Below the pieces are notes generated by a model that ran no database searches, was not told the origin of the DNA, and saw only the letters and a list, made by a program, of their open reading frames with translations. A DNA stretch of 64,000 nt from a bacterium (GTDB lineage: Bacteria > Elusimicrobiota > Elusimicrobia > Elusimicrobiales > UBA9959), in contig JAJYJH010000001.1 of NCBI GenBank assembly GCA_021789695.1, positions 325,346 through 389,345 on the forward strand, given 5' to 3'. Made by a program: the position numbers and the translations under genes. Positions 51,256 to 60,309 of the stretch are shown in pieces; position 1 is the stretch's first letter; each line of letters opens with the position of its first letter.

Positions 51256-52419
51256 TTAGTATATCCAGAAGAAATCGGAGTCTTTCTTCGGGGCCTGCTT
51301 GGGCGCGGAGCCAGAGGAGGGCCCGCTCTGCCGGGCCTTCGGTTCCGGGGCCAGCCAGACCCGCTGCTTCTTCTTTGCTTCCGCCATGTGCCAGCCCGCG
51401 AACTGGTAGGAGAAAGCCATCTGGGAGGTGTTGAATACCTGCCCAGATACCAGCATGCCGAAGTCCAGAGAGAAATTCTGGTAATTTACGCCCATGCCGA
51501 AGGCCATGCCCTTGTTGTCGTCCAGACCCTTGTACCCCAGACGCAGGGCGAAGATGTCCTGGAAACGGTACTCGATGCCTGCCCGCAGGCTCGTCAGCTT
51601 TTCCTGCAGGTACATGTCGCCGTCCACGGTGAACAGCAGCGACTGCGACATCACGGTAGGCGGTTGGAACGCCGCTCCGACGCGGAGTATGGACGGCAGC
51701 GGGGTGTTCTGCTCGTAGTACTTGAGGCCGGACCCCAGGTTGGCCGCGGAGACTCCGAGGGAAATGCCCGAATTAAGGTCGCGCACCAGCCAGCCTGCGT
51801 CCATGGCCAGGGCCGAGGCGGAATAGGTGTCCAGCAGCCTGGAGTTCACGTACTTGGCCGAGACGCCCAGATACTGTTCTATATTGGCCTTGTAACCTTC
51901 CAGGTTGGTTTCGCCCGCGTAGACCTTCTCGGCGTAACTCAGAGTAACGACCTTGGTGGTTTCGGCGTTCATGCTGATAGCCGGGACCGTGCCGTCGGGC
52001 TGTATGGGCCGGTAGACAAAATCGCCGCTGTTGGTGAACAGCGCGGATATCCCGACTCCGGGTTTGTCGTAGCCGGCCACCCCCTGCACCGGCAGCGGCA
52101 TGGCGAAAGCGAAGTAGTTCAGTCTGGAGTCGTCGAAGCCCGAGTAGTACATTGCCGAAGCCTGCGGCAGATAGAGCTGCCCCAGGCCGGCGGGATTGTA
52201 GTTCATGGCATACACGTCGTCGGCGACGGCGGCGAAGCTTCCGGCCATGCCGGCCGCGCGCGGGCTGATGTCGGACTTAAGGATCTGCACGCCGGACGAG
52301 CCGGCCCCCCCCGCGCGGGCTGGGACGGAATAGAAAAGCAGGCCGGCCGCGGCAAAAAGCACCGGCAGGCGGAAGACACGCCAGCAGGCTCCGGTTGAGG
52401 CCGTTGTCGCAGAGTTCAT
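51256..52419 (-). CDS. PorV/PorQ-family outer membrane beta-barrel
   Basis: Signal peptide, then ILKSDISPRAAGMAGSFAAVADDVYAMNYNPAGLG (the family signature). Alternating beta strands follow, and the protein ends with an aromatic-rich tail (..DFFWIY). Confidence 0.75.
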   Translation of the reverse strand: MNSATTASTGACWRVFRLPVLFAAAGLLFYSVPARAGGAGSSGVQILKSDISPRAAGMAGSFAAVADDVYAMNYNPAGLGQLYLPQASAMYYSGFDDSRLNYFAFAMPLPVQGVAGYDKPGVGISALFTNSGDFVYRPIQPDGTVPAISMNAETTKVVTLSYAEKVYAGETNLEGYKANIEQYLGVSAKYVNSRLLDTYSASALAMDAGWLVRDLNSGISLGVSAANLGSGLKYYEQNTPLPSILRVGAAFQPPTVMSQSLLFTVDGDMYLQEKLTSLRAGIEYRFQDIFALRLGYKGLDDNKGMAFGMGVNYQNFSLDFGMLVSGQVFNTSQMAFSYQFAGWHMAEAKKKQRVWLAPEPKARQSGPSSGSAPKQAPKKDSDFFWIY

Positions 52420-52437
52420 AAATCTGGCCGCCGCCCG

Positions 52438-55400
52438 CTACCGGATGACGGCGATCTTCACCACCTTGTCCAGGCCAGCGCCCTTGGCCTTCACGAAATA
52501 GATGCCGCTGACGACTTCGGAGCTGTCGGAGTTGGTCCCATCCCAGTCCACGGAACCCCTGCCCGCGGGTACGCCGCCGTCCAGCAGGGTCTTGACCAGC
52601 GCACCGGCCTGCGTGTAAACCTTTATAGAGAGCCCCCCCGGAGAAAGGACGTTGTACTGCACTATGGCGTGGCTGCCGTCCTTTATAATGTTATTGAACG
52701 CGGTGAGGTCGGTCCTATCGGCCGTGAGGTTGATGGCGTTGGAAACACCCAGGGAAATTACGTGGCCCAGATGGTCCCTGCCGAAGATCTCCAGGTATAC
52801 AGTGCCGACCCCCGGATAGCGGGCGGCGAAGCCCGGCTGCAGGCGCACGCGGCCCGAGATCTGGGGACGGCCAAGCGGGTCCGTATTCGAGACCGATTGA
52901 TCCGGGCCCTCCGAAAGGGCCAGATATGACCCGCTGAGGTCCGTCCTGGCCAGATCGACCGGCACATAGTCGTGGTCCCGCAGCTGGGCGTACTGAAAAA
53001 CCGTCTCCGCCCCGGTCAGCGTGGAGGAAGAAATCGCGCCCAAGGCGGCGAAATTAGAGTAGGGCACGTTGAACGAGATCTCGTCCCTGTCGTATAGCGC
53101 GGCGTAGATGCCGGCCGTGGCCGTCCCCTGCGTGTTGCGGCTTAGCGTCAGGGTGTACGGCAGGGGCGAGTTGGCCTCTGAATTGCCATAGTACTGGTTG
53201 GGCGAGGCGGAGACCACCAGGTAATAGCGTCCTCCGCCGTATGGCACCGTGTAGTTCAGTGTGACGGAATTATCCAGCGTGTAGCACTGGCCGGTGGGAT
53301 CGCAGGCGTTGCCGCCGGTGCCGTAGACGTTAGGGTTGGCCTCGGTGACATAGTTGCGGTCGGCGTCGAACAGGAACAGCGAATAGGCGTAGTAGATCCC
53401 GTTGTCGCTGCTCATGGGCAGGGTGAGAGCGGCGGTAAACTGGCCGGCCGCCAGCGGCAGCGAGTAATAATCCACGTCGCCAAGCGGGTAGATGGTAGCT
53501 GAAATTACGGTAAAGGTGCTGGCGTCCGTGGCGCATTCCGGGCCGTTGTTGTTGGCGCAGAGGGGCGACGAGGGCGAGGTCTCCAGCGAATCCACCCCGG
53601 CGCTGCTGCCGATGTTGTGGTCGGAGAAGGCCGCCTGTATGGCGTTCTGCACGGTGGAGCCGCACTGGCCCGGCCACATGGTGTTGAACTGCGTGCAGGC
53701 GTCCTGCATCGCGTCCTCGAAGTTCGCAAAATCGTCCGGGAAGTAAAAAAGCGCCGCGAAGGCCAGGATCTCCGCCTTGGTCTTGCCGGCGAAAGTGCCG
53801 GCGGAGAACTTGCCCTGATAACGCGAGCCGTTGGGATTGGACAGCTCGTAAAGGGTCTGGGAAAGGAAGAGGCTGTCGTCGTGCACCTCGCCGGCCCAGC
53901 AGGTGCTGCTGCCGCCGGAACCGTCGGTATTGCAGGCGGGCGGAATTGAGGAACTAAACCTGCGGAAGTACGTGGGCTTGCCGCTGCCGGAAATATCGCG
54001 GGCCGCGCCCTCCCCCTCGCCCACGAAATTGCCCAGCGTGATCTGGTTGGGATAGGAGGTGCCGTCATAACCCTCGTCCCAGAAGGAGGAGAGCGAGAAG
54101 AAGTCCGCCATCGCCTCGCTGATGGCGCCAAATTCCCCGAAATTGACTATCGGGTAGATATGGTCCACCACCAGGTGCGTATACTCGTGGCGCACGATGG
54201 TGCCGTCCAGCGCGAAAGAGCGGAACTGGCCGGTATTGTCCTTCACGCCGTCGCCCAGCAGAATCTGCTTTTTCTGCAGGTCGTAGAAGGCGTTCAACAT
54301 ACCGCTGCAGTTGCTGACGCCGGAAGTGTAGCAGGAATAGAGCGCGTCCGGGTCGCCGGTGGCGTGCGCCATTACCGGGACCTGCCCGGAGATATCCGCC
54401 GGCGGAGTGTTCGGGTGAGAGGGATCTATGTCTATGCCCTCGAAGAAGCGATGCACGGCGTTCAGATGGTAGAACGCGCTGATCTCGGAGAGTCCCTCAA
54501 ACGGGCCGAGGCTGTTGTCCATGTAGATCGTGGGCGCGGCGGTGGACCAGACCACGGAGCCGGTGGTGTTGCTGGTGGTGCCGGTGCTGACCGTCAGCAC
54601 CATGTAACTGGAGTAGTCTATCGTGAAGCCGTCGCTGGTGCCGGAGGCGTCCGCGTCCAGCGTGACCGTATAAGAAGGATTTTCCACGGCCGCGCCGAAG
54701 AACGGGGTGCTGCGCGAGCCCAGATAGGAACCGTAGACCGTGGAACCGCTCCTGACCTGCACGGTATCCTCGTCGTTGACGGAGCCGTAGCCGTCCATAG
54801 AACCGGCGCTGAAGGAGGCGAAGTGCGGCATCACCTTGGCGAAGGCGCCTCCCGGATAGGTTGACAGCCAGTCGGAGGCGTTTATTGCAATCGGATAGGA
54901 ATAGGAGGTGCTGTCGGAATATGGATGCGGCGTGGAGACCGAAGTCGTCTTGCTCAGCCACTTTCCCCCGCCGTTGTCGAAAGAGGCGCTGGCCCCAAGG
55001 AAATTGGTGACCGCGAAGTACGGGCCCTGCAGAGACGAGAAGACCTTTCCCTGCTGCTGGGTGCAGTAATCCCCGTAAGCGTTAGTGACAACGGGATAGG
55101 TCGAGCCGGCCACCCAGACGTGCTGGTCCGGCAACGAGGCCTGCACGGGCTGTCCCCAGCTTTCACTCAGGTTGTTAGGTATGTCGTAGGTAGGCAGCGG
55201 CGAAACGGCGTAGACGGTCCCGGAGGAAGTACCGTAGGTCGGGTAGGACACGCCGTTGCAGAAGGTCTGGAGCTGATCGTACCTGAAGAGCACCGAGCCG
55301 TTAGCCGCGTCCACATAGTAGACCCACAGGCCATTGCCCCGGCCGGTCACCTTCCAGGCCAGTTTCAGGACCCCGTCGGCCTCGTCCGGATAGATCACCA

Positions 55401-55986
55401 GCTCCGTGGCGGAAATGACCAGGGAGCTCCCGGCGTCGGCGTCGGCAGCGGCGACGGCCGCCTGCGCGGTTATGGCCGGAGAGGTATTTAGCGTAAGGGC
55501 AGGCTCGTACCTGCCCTGGTAGCCGGCGATGCGGCCGTCCTTCAGGACGTGCACCCTGGCGTAGGAAAACTCGACCGGGATGCCGTCCTTGTACTGGCGG
55601 TACTCCAGATGGGTCACGCCCATGAACTCTTTCTTAAGGACCAGGCGCAGCGAGGAGGGATCCACGTTAAGGAGCCCTTTATTATCGTTAAAGAACGCCA
55701 TCGCCGCCTGCTCCGGCGTGCCAGGGTAACTGACGGTGCGGCCGCCAGTTATCGCCGCCGGCAGGGCGGTGCGCGGATTATAGCGTATCTTCCAGCCCCT
55801 GCCGCCCTGCTTGGCGACGAAGTCCCGGAAGGCCGCGCGCGCGGCCAGCGATGGGGACTTGCGCACGGCGAAAAGCGAATCCGAAAGCGGGGACGGACGG
55901 CGCCCGGCAGGGGCGGCGTGAACAACGGAGGCCCCGGCCAGGAACAGGAGCAGGAAAGCGAGAAGCGCGGCCTTTCTGTTCGGCAT
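52438..55986 (-). CDS. Secreted thermolysin-type (M4/M36-like) zinc metalloprotease with PPC-like domain and T9SS/FlgD-type C-terminal domain
   Basis: Signal peptide, FTP/PepSY-like propeptide and zinc site VRHEYTHLV...GAISEAMADFF. It also has a PPC-like GDVDYYSLPL. The last ~85 aa (SIKVYTQAGALVKTLL..VDWDGTN..SGIYFVKAKG..KIAVIR) follow the Por_Secre_tail/FlgD_ig pattern. Confidence 0.85.
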   Translation of the reverse strand: MPNRKAALLAFLLLFLAGASVVHAAPAGRRPSPLSDSLFAVRKSPSLAARAAFRDFVAKQGGRGWKIRYNPRTALPAAITGGRTVSYPGTPEQAAMAFFNDNKGLLNVDPSSLRLVLKKEFMGVTHLEYRQYKDGIPVEFSYARVHVLKDGRIAGYQGRYEPALTLNTSPAITAQAAVAAADADAGSSLVISATELVIYPDEADGVLKLAWKVTGRGNGLWVYYVDAANGSVLFRYDQLQTFCNGVSYPTYGTSSGTVYAVSPLPTYDIPNNLSESWGQPVQASLPDQHVWVAGSTYPVVTNAYGDYCTQQQGKVFSSLQGPYFAVTNFLGASASFDNGGGKWLSKTTSVSTPHPYSDSTSYSYPIAINASDWLSTYPGGAFAKVMPHFASFSAGSMDGYGSVNDEDTVQVRSGSTVYGSYLGSRSTPFFGAAVENPSYTVTLDADASGTSDGFTIDYSSYMVLTVSTGTTSNTTGSVVWSTAAPTIYMDNSLGPFEGLSEISAFYHLNAVHRFFEGIDIDPSHPNTPPADISGQVPVMAHATGDPDALYSCYTSGVSNCSGMLNAFYDLQKKQILLGDGVKDNTGQFRSFALDGTIVRHEYTHLVVDHIYPIVNFGEFGAISEAMADFFSLSSFWDEGYDGTSYPNQITLGNFVGEGEGAARDISGSGKPTYFRRFSSSIPPACNTDGSGGSSTCWAGEVHDDSLFLSQTLYELSNPNGSRYQGKFSAGTFAGKTKAEILAFAALFYFPDDFANFEDAMQDACTQFNTMWPGQCGSTVQNAIQAAFSDHNIGSSAGVDSLETSPSSPLCANNNGPECATDASTFTVISATIYPLGDVDYYSLPLAAGQFTAALTLPMSSDNGIYYAYSLFLFDADRNYVTEANPNVYGTGGNACDPTGQCYTLDNSVTLNYTVPYGGGRYYLVVSASPNQYYGNSEANSPLPYTLTLSRNTQGTATAGIYAALYDRDEISFNVPYSNFAALGAISSSTLTGAETVFQYAQLRDHDYVPVDLARTDLSGSYLALSEGPDQSVSNTDPLGRPQISGRVRLQPGFAARYPGVGTVYLEIFGRDHLGHVISLGVSNAINLTADRTDLTAFNNIIKDGSHAIVQYNVLSPGGLSIKVYTQAGALVKTLLDGGVPAGRGSVDWDGTNSDSSEVVSGIYFVKAKGAGLDKVVKIAVIR

Positions 55987-55987
55987 A

Positions 55988-57112
55988 TCAGCTCCGTCCG
56001 GCGAGACGCAGCACGCGCAGCGCCGCGGCCAGCTTGACCTTGGTATCGGGATCGTCCAGCCCCTGGGCGAAGATAGGGAGAGCCTCGTCCTCGGGGAAGG
56101 AGGCGGCCACGTCCAGCGCGGCCAGTCTTATGTCCGGACTGGCGGCGGTCATGGCGTCGCGCACTACGGAGACGTCCGGCTGCGCGCCGCAGAGCATCAG
56201 GGCTTTCTGCGCCGCTATGCGGACCCTTATATCCTTGCTGTCCTGGGAGATCTGGAAGAGCTTGGTCTTGACCTTGGCGTCCCGTATCCCGCCTAAAGCC
56301 GCTATGGCCTTGTAGCGGATGGTCGGGTTGTTGTCGTCGGCCAGTTTCAGCAGAACGTCCTCGGCGTCCCTCTTGGCTGGCGAACAGGCCAGCGCGTCGA
56401 GGGCGGCCATGCGTACCCGCACTGAATCGTCCCCGGCCGCCAGTTTGGCCAGCGGACCGGCACCCGCGGGATGGCAGATCTTGGAAAGCACCGTGGCCGC
56501 TTCAAAGCGCACGGCCTCGTCCTGGTCGGAGAGGGCGTTTATGAAGGTGGAAAGTTCGTCGTCATGCCCGAGCCGGGCCAGCTCGCGGGCCGCGGTGTCG
56601 CGGATGGGGCCGTAAGCGTCGTTCTTCAGTTTGTAGAGCAGGTCCGCGCCCTTCTCCCCCCGCATCCAGGCGTAGGCTTCTATGGCTTTTTCCCGTATGC
56701 TGTTCTGCGAGATTATCCTGAGCTGGACCAGCGGATCGTTGGTGACAGGGATGGGGCCCTGGGCCGGGACGTCGTCGATGATGGCCCGGACCGTCTTCAT
56801 GCCGGCCGGGCTGCCCAGTTCCCACAGCGCTCGCGCGGCCGCGATGCGCACGTATTTGTCTCTGTCGTTCAGCATATCGCGCAGCATGCCTTCAGCGGCC
56901 TTGTTACCGGCCTCGCCCAGTACCAGCACGGCCTGCTCCCGCACGTCGGAATCGGAGCTTTTCACATCCGAAACGACAATCTTGAGCGCTTTGGGCCCGA
57001 GTTCCTTCTCGGACGCGGACTGGGCGGCCAGCCCGGGCCGGGCAAAAAAAGCGAGCAGCAAAGGCAGCAGTAAGGCGGCCATGCTAAGATTATAGGTCTT
57101 TGTTCTTTGCAT
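55988..57112 (-). CDS. Secreted HEAT-repeat (PBS-lyase-like) protein
   Basis: Signal peptide, then repeated D..VR..AA.ALG.. units. The stop lies 1 nt before the protease ATG (TGAtATG). ATG 57082 is an alternative start. Confidence 0.75.
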   Translation of the reverse strand: MQRTKTYNLSMAALLLPLLLAFFARPGLAAQSASEKELGPKALKIVVSDVKSSDSDVREQAVLVLGEAGNKAAEGMLRDMLNDRDKYVRIAAARALWELGSPAGMKTVRAIIDDVPAQGPIPVTNDPLVQLRIISQNSIREKAIEAYAWMRGEKGADLLYKLKNDAYGPIRDTAARELARLGHDDELSTFINALSDQDEAVRFEAATVLSKICHPAGAGPLAKLAAGDDSVRVRMAALDALACSPAKRDAEDVLLKLADDNNPTIRYKAIAALGGIRDAKVKTKLFQISQDSKDIRVRIAAQKALMLCGAQPDVSVVRDAMTAASPDIRLAALDVAASFPEDEALPIFAQGLDDPDTKVKLAAALRVLRLAGRS

Positions 57113-57163
57113 CGTGATTAACTTTCGATTACAAAAAAATTACAGCCGATCCCGGTAAAATCG

Positions 57164-57237
57164 TGCCCCCTGCAGGACTCGAACCTGCAACCCACTGCTC
57201 CGAAGGCAGTTGCTCTATCCAGTTGAGCCAAGGGGGC
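57164..57237 (-). tRNA. tRNA-Arg (anticodon TCG)
   Basis: Hand-folded cloverleaf: acceptor GCCCCCT/AGGGGGC, D stem GCTC/GAGC, anticodon stem ACTGC/GCAGT with loop CTTCGGA, T arm GCAGG-TTCGAGT-CCTGC. CCA is not encoded. Confidence 0.9.
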
Positions 57238-57389
57238 CTCTATTTCCCGGCCCTGCAAGGTGCGCGGGCCGGGTGGTCCACGAATGGGAACCCATTGTGA
57301 AACCAGTCGCTTTATTATAGAATTATTCCGCGGCGCCATGAAAGCGGCCCGTTTTAAACGCGGACAATCCCTCTATCAAGGAGTTAACC

Positions 57390-58142
57390 ATGGGCGGACA
57401 TTCTCACTGGGCGGGCATCAAGCACAAGAAGGCGATCACGGACGCCAAAAGGGGCAAGGTCTGGACCAAGATCATTAAAGAGATCTCCATCGCCGCACGC
57501 ATAGGCGGCGGCAAGGTGGAGGACAACCCCCGCCTGCGCAAGGCCATAGAGGACGCCAAGGCCTCCAATATGCCGCTGGACAACGTCAAGCGCGCCATCA
57601 ACCGCGGCACCGGCCAGGAGCCCGGCGTCACCTACGAGGAGATTACCTACGAGGGCTACGGTCCGGGCGGCATAGCCGTCATCATCAATGTCACGACCGA
57701 CAGCAAGAACCGCGCCGCCAGCGAGATCAGAAAGATCCTCGACAACCACGGCGGGAATATGGGCTCGGCCGGCAGCGTGGCCTGGATGTTCGAGCAAAAA
57801 GGCTACATTTCCGTAAAGAAATCCGACGCCAGCGAGGACGAGTTGATGAACCTGGCGCTGGAAATCGGGGCAGAGGATTTCCGCTCGCCCGCGGGAGAGG
57901 AGTACGAGATCATCACCTCCCCACAGGACTTTGAAGCCGTAAAGGCGAAGCTGGAGGAGAAGAAGGTCCTCCTGCTCACAGCCGAGGTAACGATGCTGCC
58001 CAAGAACGAGGTCAACATCGGCGAGGACAAGGCGCAGCAGGTGCTTAGTCTGATGGAGGAGTTGGAAGACCACGACGACGTCAACAAGGTCTACTCCAAC
58101 TTCAACATTCCAGACGAGATAATCGCTAAGCTGGATAAGTGA
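57390..58142 (+). CDS. yebC: YebC/PmpR family DNA-binding transcriptional regulator
   Basis: MGGHSHWAGIKHKKA..DAKRGK.WTK is the invariant family N-terminus. SD AAGGAG. Confidence 0.95.
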   Translation: MGGHSHWAGIKHKKAITDAKRGKVWTKIIKEISIAARIGGGKVEDNPRLRKAIEDAKASNMPLDNVKRAINRGTGQEPGVTYEEITYEGYGPGGIAVIINVTTDSKNRAASEIRKILDNHGGNMGSAGSVAWMFEQKGYISVKKSDASEDELMNLALEIGAEDFRSPAGEEYEIITSPQDFEAVKAKLEEKKVLLLTAEVTMLPKNEVNIGEDKAQQVLSLMEELEDHDDVNKVYSNFNIPDEIIAKLDK

Positions 58143-58152
58143 TCCCTCCCAG

Positions 58153-58668
58153 ATGAGGATCCTAGGCATAGACCCGGGGCTGGACAGGACCGGCTGGGCC
58201 GTCCTTGACAAGGACGGGACCGCTCCGCCTGCGCTTGCCGCCGCAGGGCTCATCCACACTCCGAAGAACACCCCTCTCGAAGGCCGCCTTGTGGCCATCT
58301 ACGACGCCTTCGCCTCGTTGATAGGCGAGCACCGCCCGTCCGAGGCGGCCATAGAGGAAGTGTTTTTCTCCAAGCGCGCCGACACTCAGGCCAACACCAC
58401 GCACGCGCGCGGCGTGATACTGCTGGCCTGCGCCAAGGCCGGTCTACAGATTTCGGCGTACAACCCCAAGACCATAAAGAAGACGGTTTCGGGCAGCGGC
58501 ACCGCGGAGAAGCGCCAGATGCAGCGCGTCGTGCAGATAACGCTGAATCTGCCCTCGGCGCCGGAGCCGGACGACGTGGCCGACGCGATGGCCGCGGCCC
58601 TTTGCCACCTGCGGCTGGCCCCGTTCGCCAGGGCGATGGCCGCGGCCAGGGGAGGCTCGAGGTGTTAG
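58153..58668 (+). CDS. ruvC: Holliday junction resolvase RuvC
   Basis: MRILGIDPGL..TGWAVL and the canonical position before ruvAB. Confidence 0.93.
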   Translation: MRILGIDPGLDRTGWAVLDKDGTAPPALAAAGLIHTPKNTPLEGRLVAIYDAFASLIGEHRPSEAAIEEVFFSKRADTQANTTHARGVILLACAKAGLQISAYNPKTIKKTVSGSGTAEKRQMQRVVQITLNLPSAPEPDDVADAMAAALCHLRLAPFARAMAAARGGSRC

Positions 58669-59270
58669 CCTACCTGCGCGGCCGTGTGGTAACCCGCGGC
58701 GAGGAGAGTGCCGTTATAGAGGTCAACGGCCTCGGCTACGAGGTTTTCTTCTGTTCCCCCTCCCTAGAGGCTCTGGGACCGGAAGGGGCCACGGTGGAGG
58801 TTTTTCTCGCCGAGTCCATCAGTATGTACGGCGGCACCGCTCTCTACGGGTTCCGCACACGGGAAGAGAAACAGCTCTTCGACCTGCTGCGCGACGCAGT
58901 CCCCAACACCGGCGCCAAGAAGGCCATGGACTACCTAGGCAAGGCGGTCAAGTCGATGCCGGATTTCGCGGCGGCCGTAGCAGCCAAGGACCCCAAGCGG
59001 CTTACCGCCATCTTCGGCTTCACCGCAAAGACGGCGGACAAGTTGATAACGGCCTTAAAGGACAAGTTTAAGGACGCGGTGCCGCCGTACCCCGGCGCGG
59101 CGTCCGCAGCCTCCGGAGCCTACGCGCAGGCCATGAGCGCCCTCACCGCGCTGGGTTTCCGCCCAGGCGAGGCGCGCGCGGCGCTGGAGGAGGCCTCGGC
59201 GCAAGCGGGCCGCGATCCCTCCGCCGAGGCCATCATAAGACTGGCGCTCAAGCGCCTTTCCCCCAAGTGA
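58662..59270 (+). CDS. ruvA: Holliday junction branch migration complex subunit RuvA
   Basis: GTG 58662 start (VLAYLRGRVV..VIEVNGLGYEV) overlaps the ruvC stop by 7 nt. The track's 58602 start is an out-of-frame extension into ruvC. Confidence 0.88.
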   Translation: MLAYLRGRVVTRGEESAVIEVNGLGYEVFFCSPSLEALGPEGATVEVFLAESISMYGGTALYGFRTREEKQLFDLLRDAVPNTGAKKAMDYLGKAVKSMPDFAAAVAAKDPKRLTAIFGFTAKTADKLITALKDKFKDAVPPYPGAASAASGAYAQAMSALTALGFRPGEARAALEEASAQAGRDPSAEAIIRLALKRLSPK

Positions 59271-60298
59271 CCATGGAAAAAGAAGACGACATACTCTCCC
59301 CCCGCCCGGCGCAGGACGAGACCGCCCGGATGGAATCCGCCCTGCGCCCGGCCTCCCTGGACGAGTTCGTGGGACAAGAGCGCCTCAAGGAGAACCTGAA
59401 GGTCTTCATCCAGGCCGCCCGCGCGCGCAGGGAGCCGCTGGACCACTGTCTATTCTATTCCCCTCCCGGCCTGGGCAAAACGACGCTCTCCTACATCCTC
59501 GCCCGCGAGATGGGGGTCAACATCAAAGTCACCTCCGGCCCGGTACTTTCCAAGCCGGGTGACCTGGCGGCCATGCTTACCACCGAACTGGCCGAGGGCG
59601 ACATCCTTTTTATCGACGAGATACACCGTCTCAACGCCGCCGTGGAGGAAGCCCTCTATCCTGTGATGGAGGATTTTCTTTTCTTCATAAACACCGGCCA
59701 AGGGCCTGGCGCCACGACGCTCAAGCTGGCCGTCCCACGCTTCACGCTGGTAGGCGCCACCACCCGCAGCGGCCTGCTTACCGGCCCTCTGAGGGACCGG
59801 TTCGGGATAGTCTTCAACCTGGGCTTCTACGGGGAAACGGAGATAGCCAGAATACTGGCCCGCTCCGCGGCGATACTGGGCAGCAGGGCGGAGCGCCCGG
59901 CGCTGGAACTGATAGCGCGCCGCGCCCGCGGCACGCCGCGCATAGCCAACCGCCTGCTCAAGCGCGTCAGGGATTTCGCCGACGTGAAGTCCGGGGGAGT
60001 GATAACCCCGGAGGTCACCGAGGCCGCCATGGCCTCGCTGGAAATAGACTCCGAGGGGCTGGACAATCTGGACAGGCGTATCCTGGCCACAATAGCCGAG
60101 AAATTCGGTGGCGGACCGGTCGGCATCGAGACGCTGGCAGTGGCGGTCTCGGAGGAGCCGGACACGCTGACCGACGTCATAGAGCCTTTCCTGATGCAGG
60201 GCGGTTTCCTGAAGCGCACCACGCGCGGCCGCGTTATCACGTCCAAGGCGGCCTTGCATCTGGGACTGAAACTCCCGCGCCAGACGGAGCTGCTCTGA
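59267..60298 (+). CDS. ruvB: Holliday junction branch migration DNA helicase RuvB
   Basis: Walker A PPGLGKTT and DEIHRL. The start is either GTG 59267 (GTGA overlap) or ATG 59273. Confidence 0.96.
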   Translation: MTMEKEDDILSPRPAQDETARMESALRPASLDEFVGQERLKENLKVFIQAARARREPLDHCLFYSPPGLGKTTLSYILAREMGVNIKVTSGPVLSKPGDLAAMLTTELAEGDILFIDEIHRLNAAVEEALYPVMEDFLFFINTGQGPGATTLKLAVPRFTLVGATTRSGLLTGPLRDRFGIVFNLGFYGETEIARILARSAAILGSRAERPALELIARRARGTPRIANRLLKRVRDFADVKSGGVITPEVTEAAMASLEIDSEGLDNLDRRILATIAEKFGGGPVGIETLAVAVSEEPDTLTDVIEPFLMQGGFLKRTTRGRVITSKAALHLGLKLPRQTELL

Positions 60299-60309
60299 CC
60301 CGCCGGACG

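Noticed and set aside
49733-51259. 508-aa plus-strand ORF
   Set aside because: It is antisense to two lipoprotein genes that have lipoboxes and SD sites. It is Arg/Gly/His-rich with no motif.
21709-57237. Region bracketed by tRNA-Asn and tRNA-Arg as a possible genomic island
   Set aside because: There is no integrase, no direct repeats of tRNA 3' ends and no obvious compositional break. The interval is full of core metabolism genes (PFOR, fba, era, pepT, pit). The single IS trace at 36.3-36.9 kb is a decayed insertion in an efflux gene.
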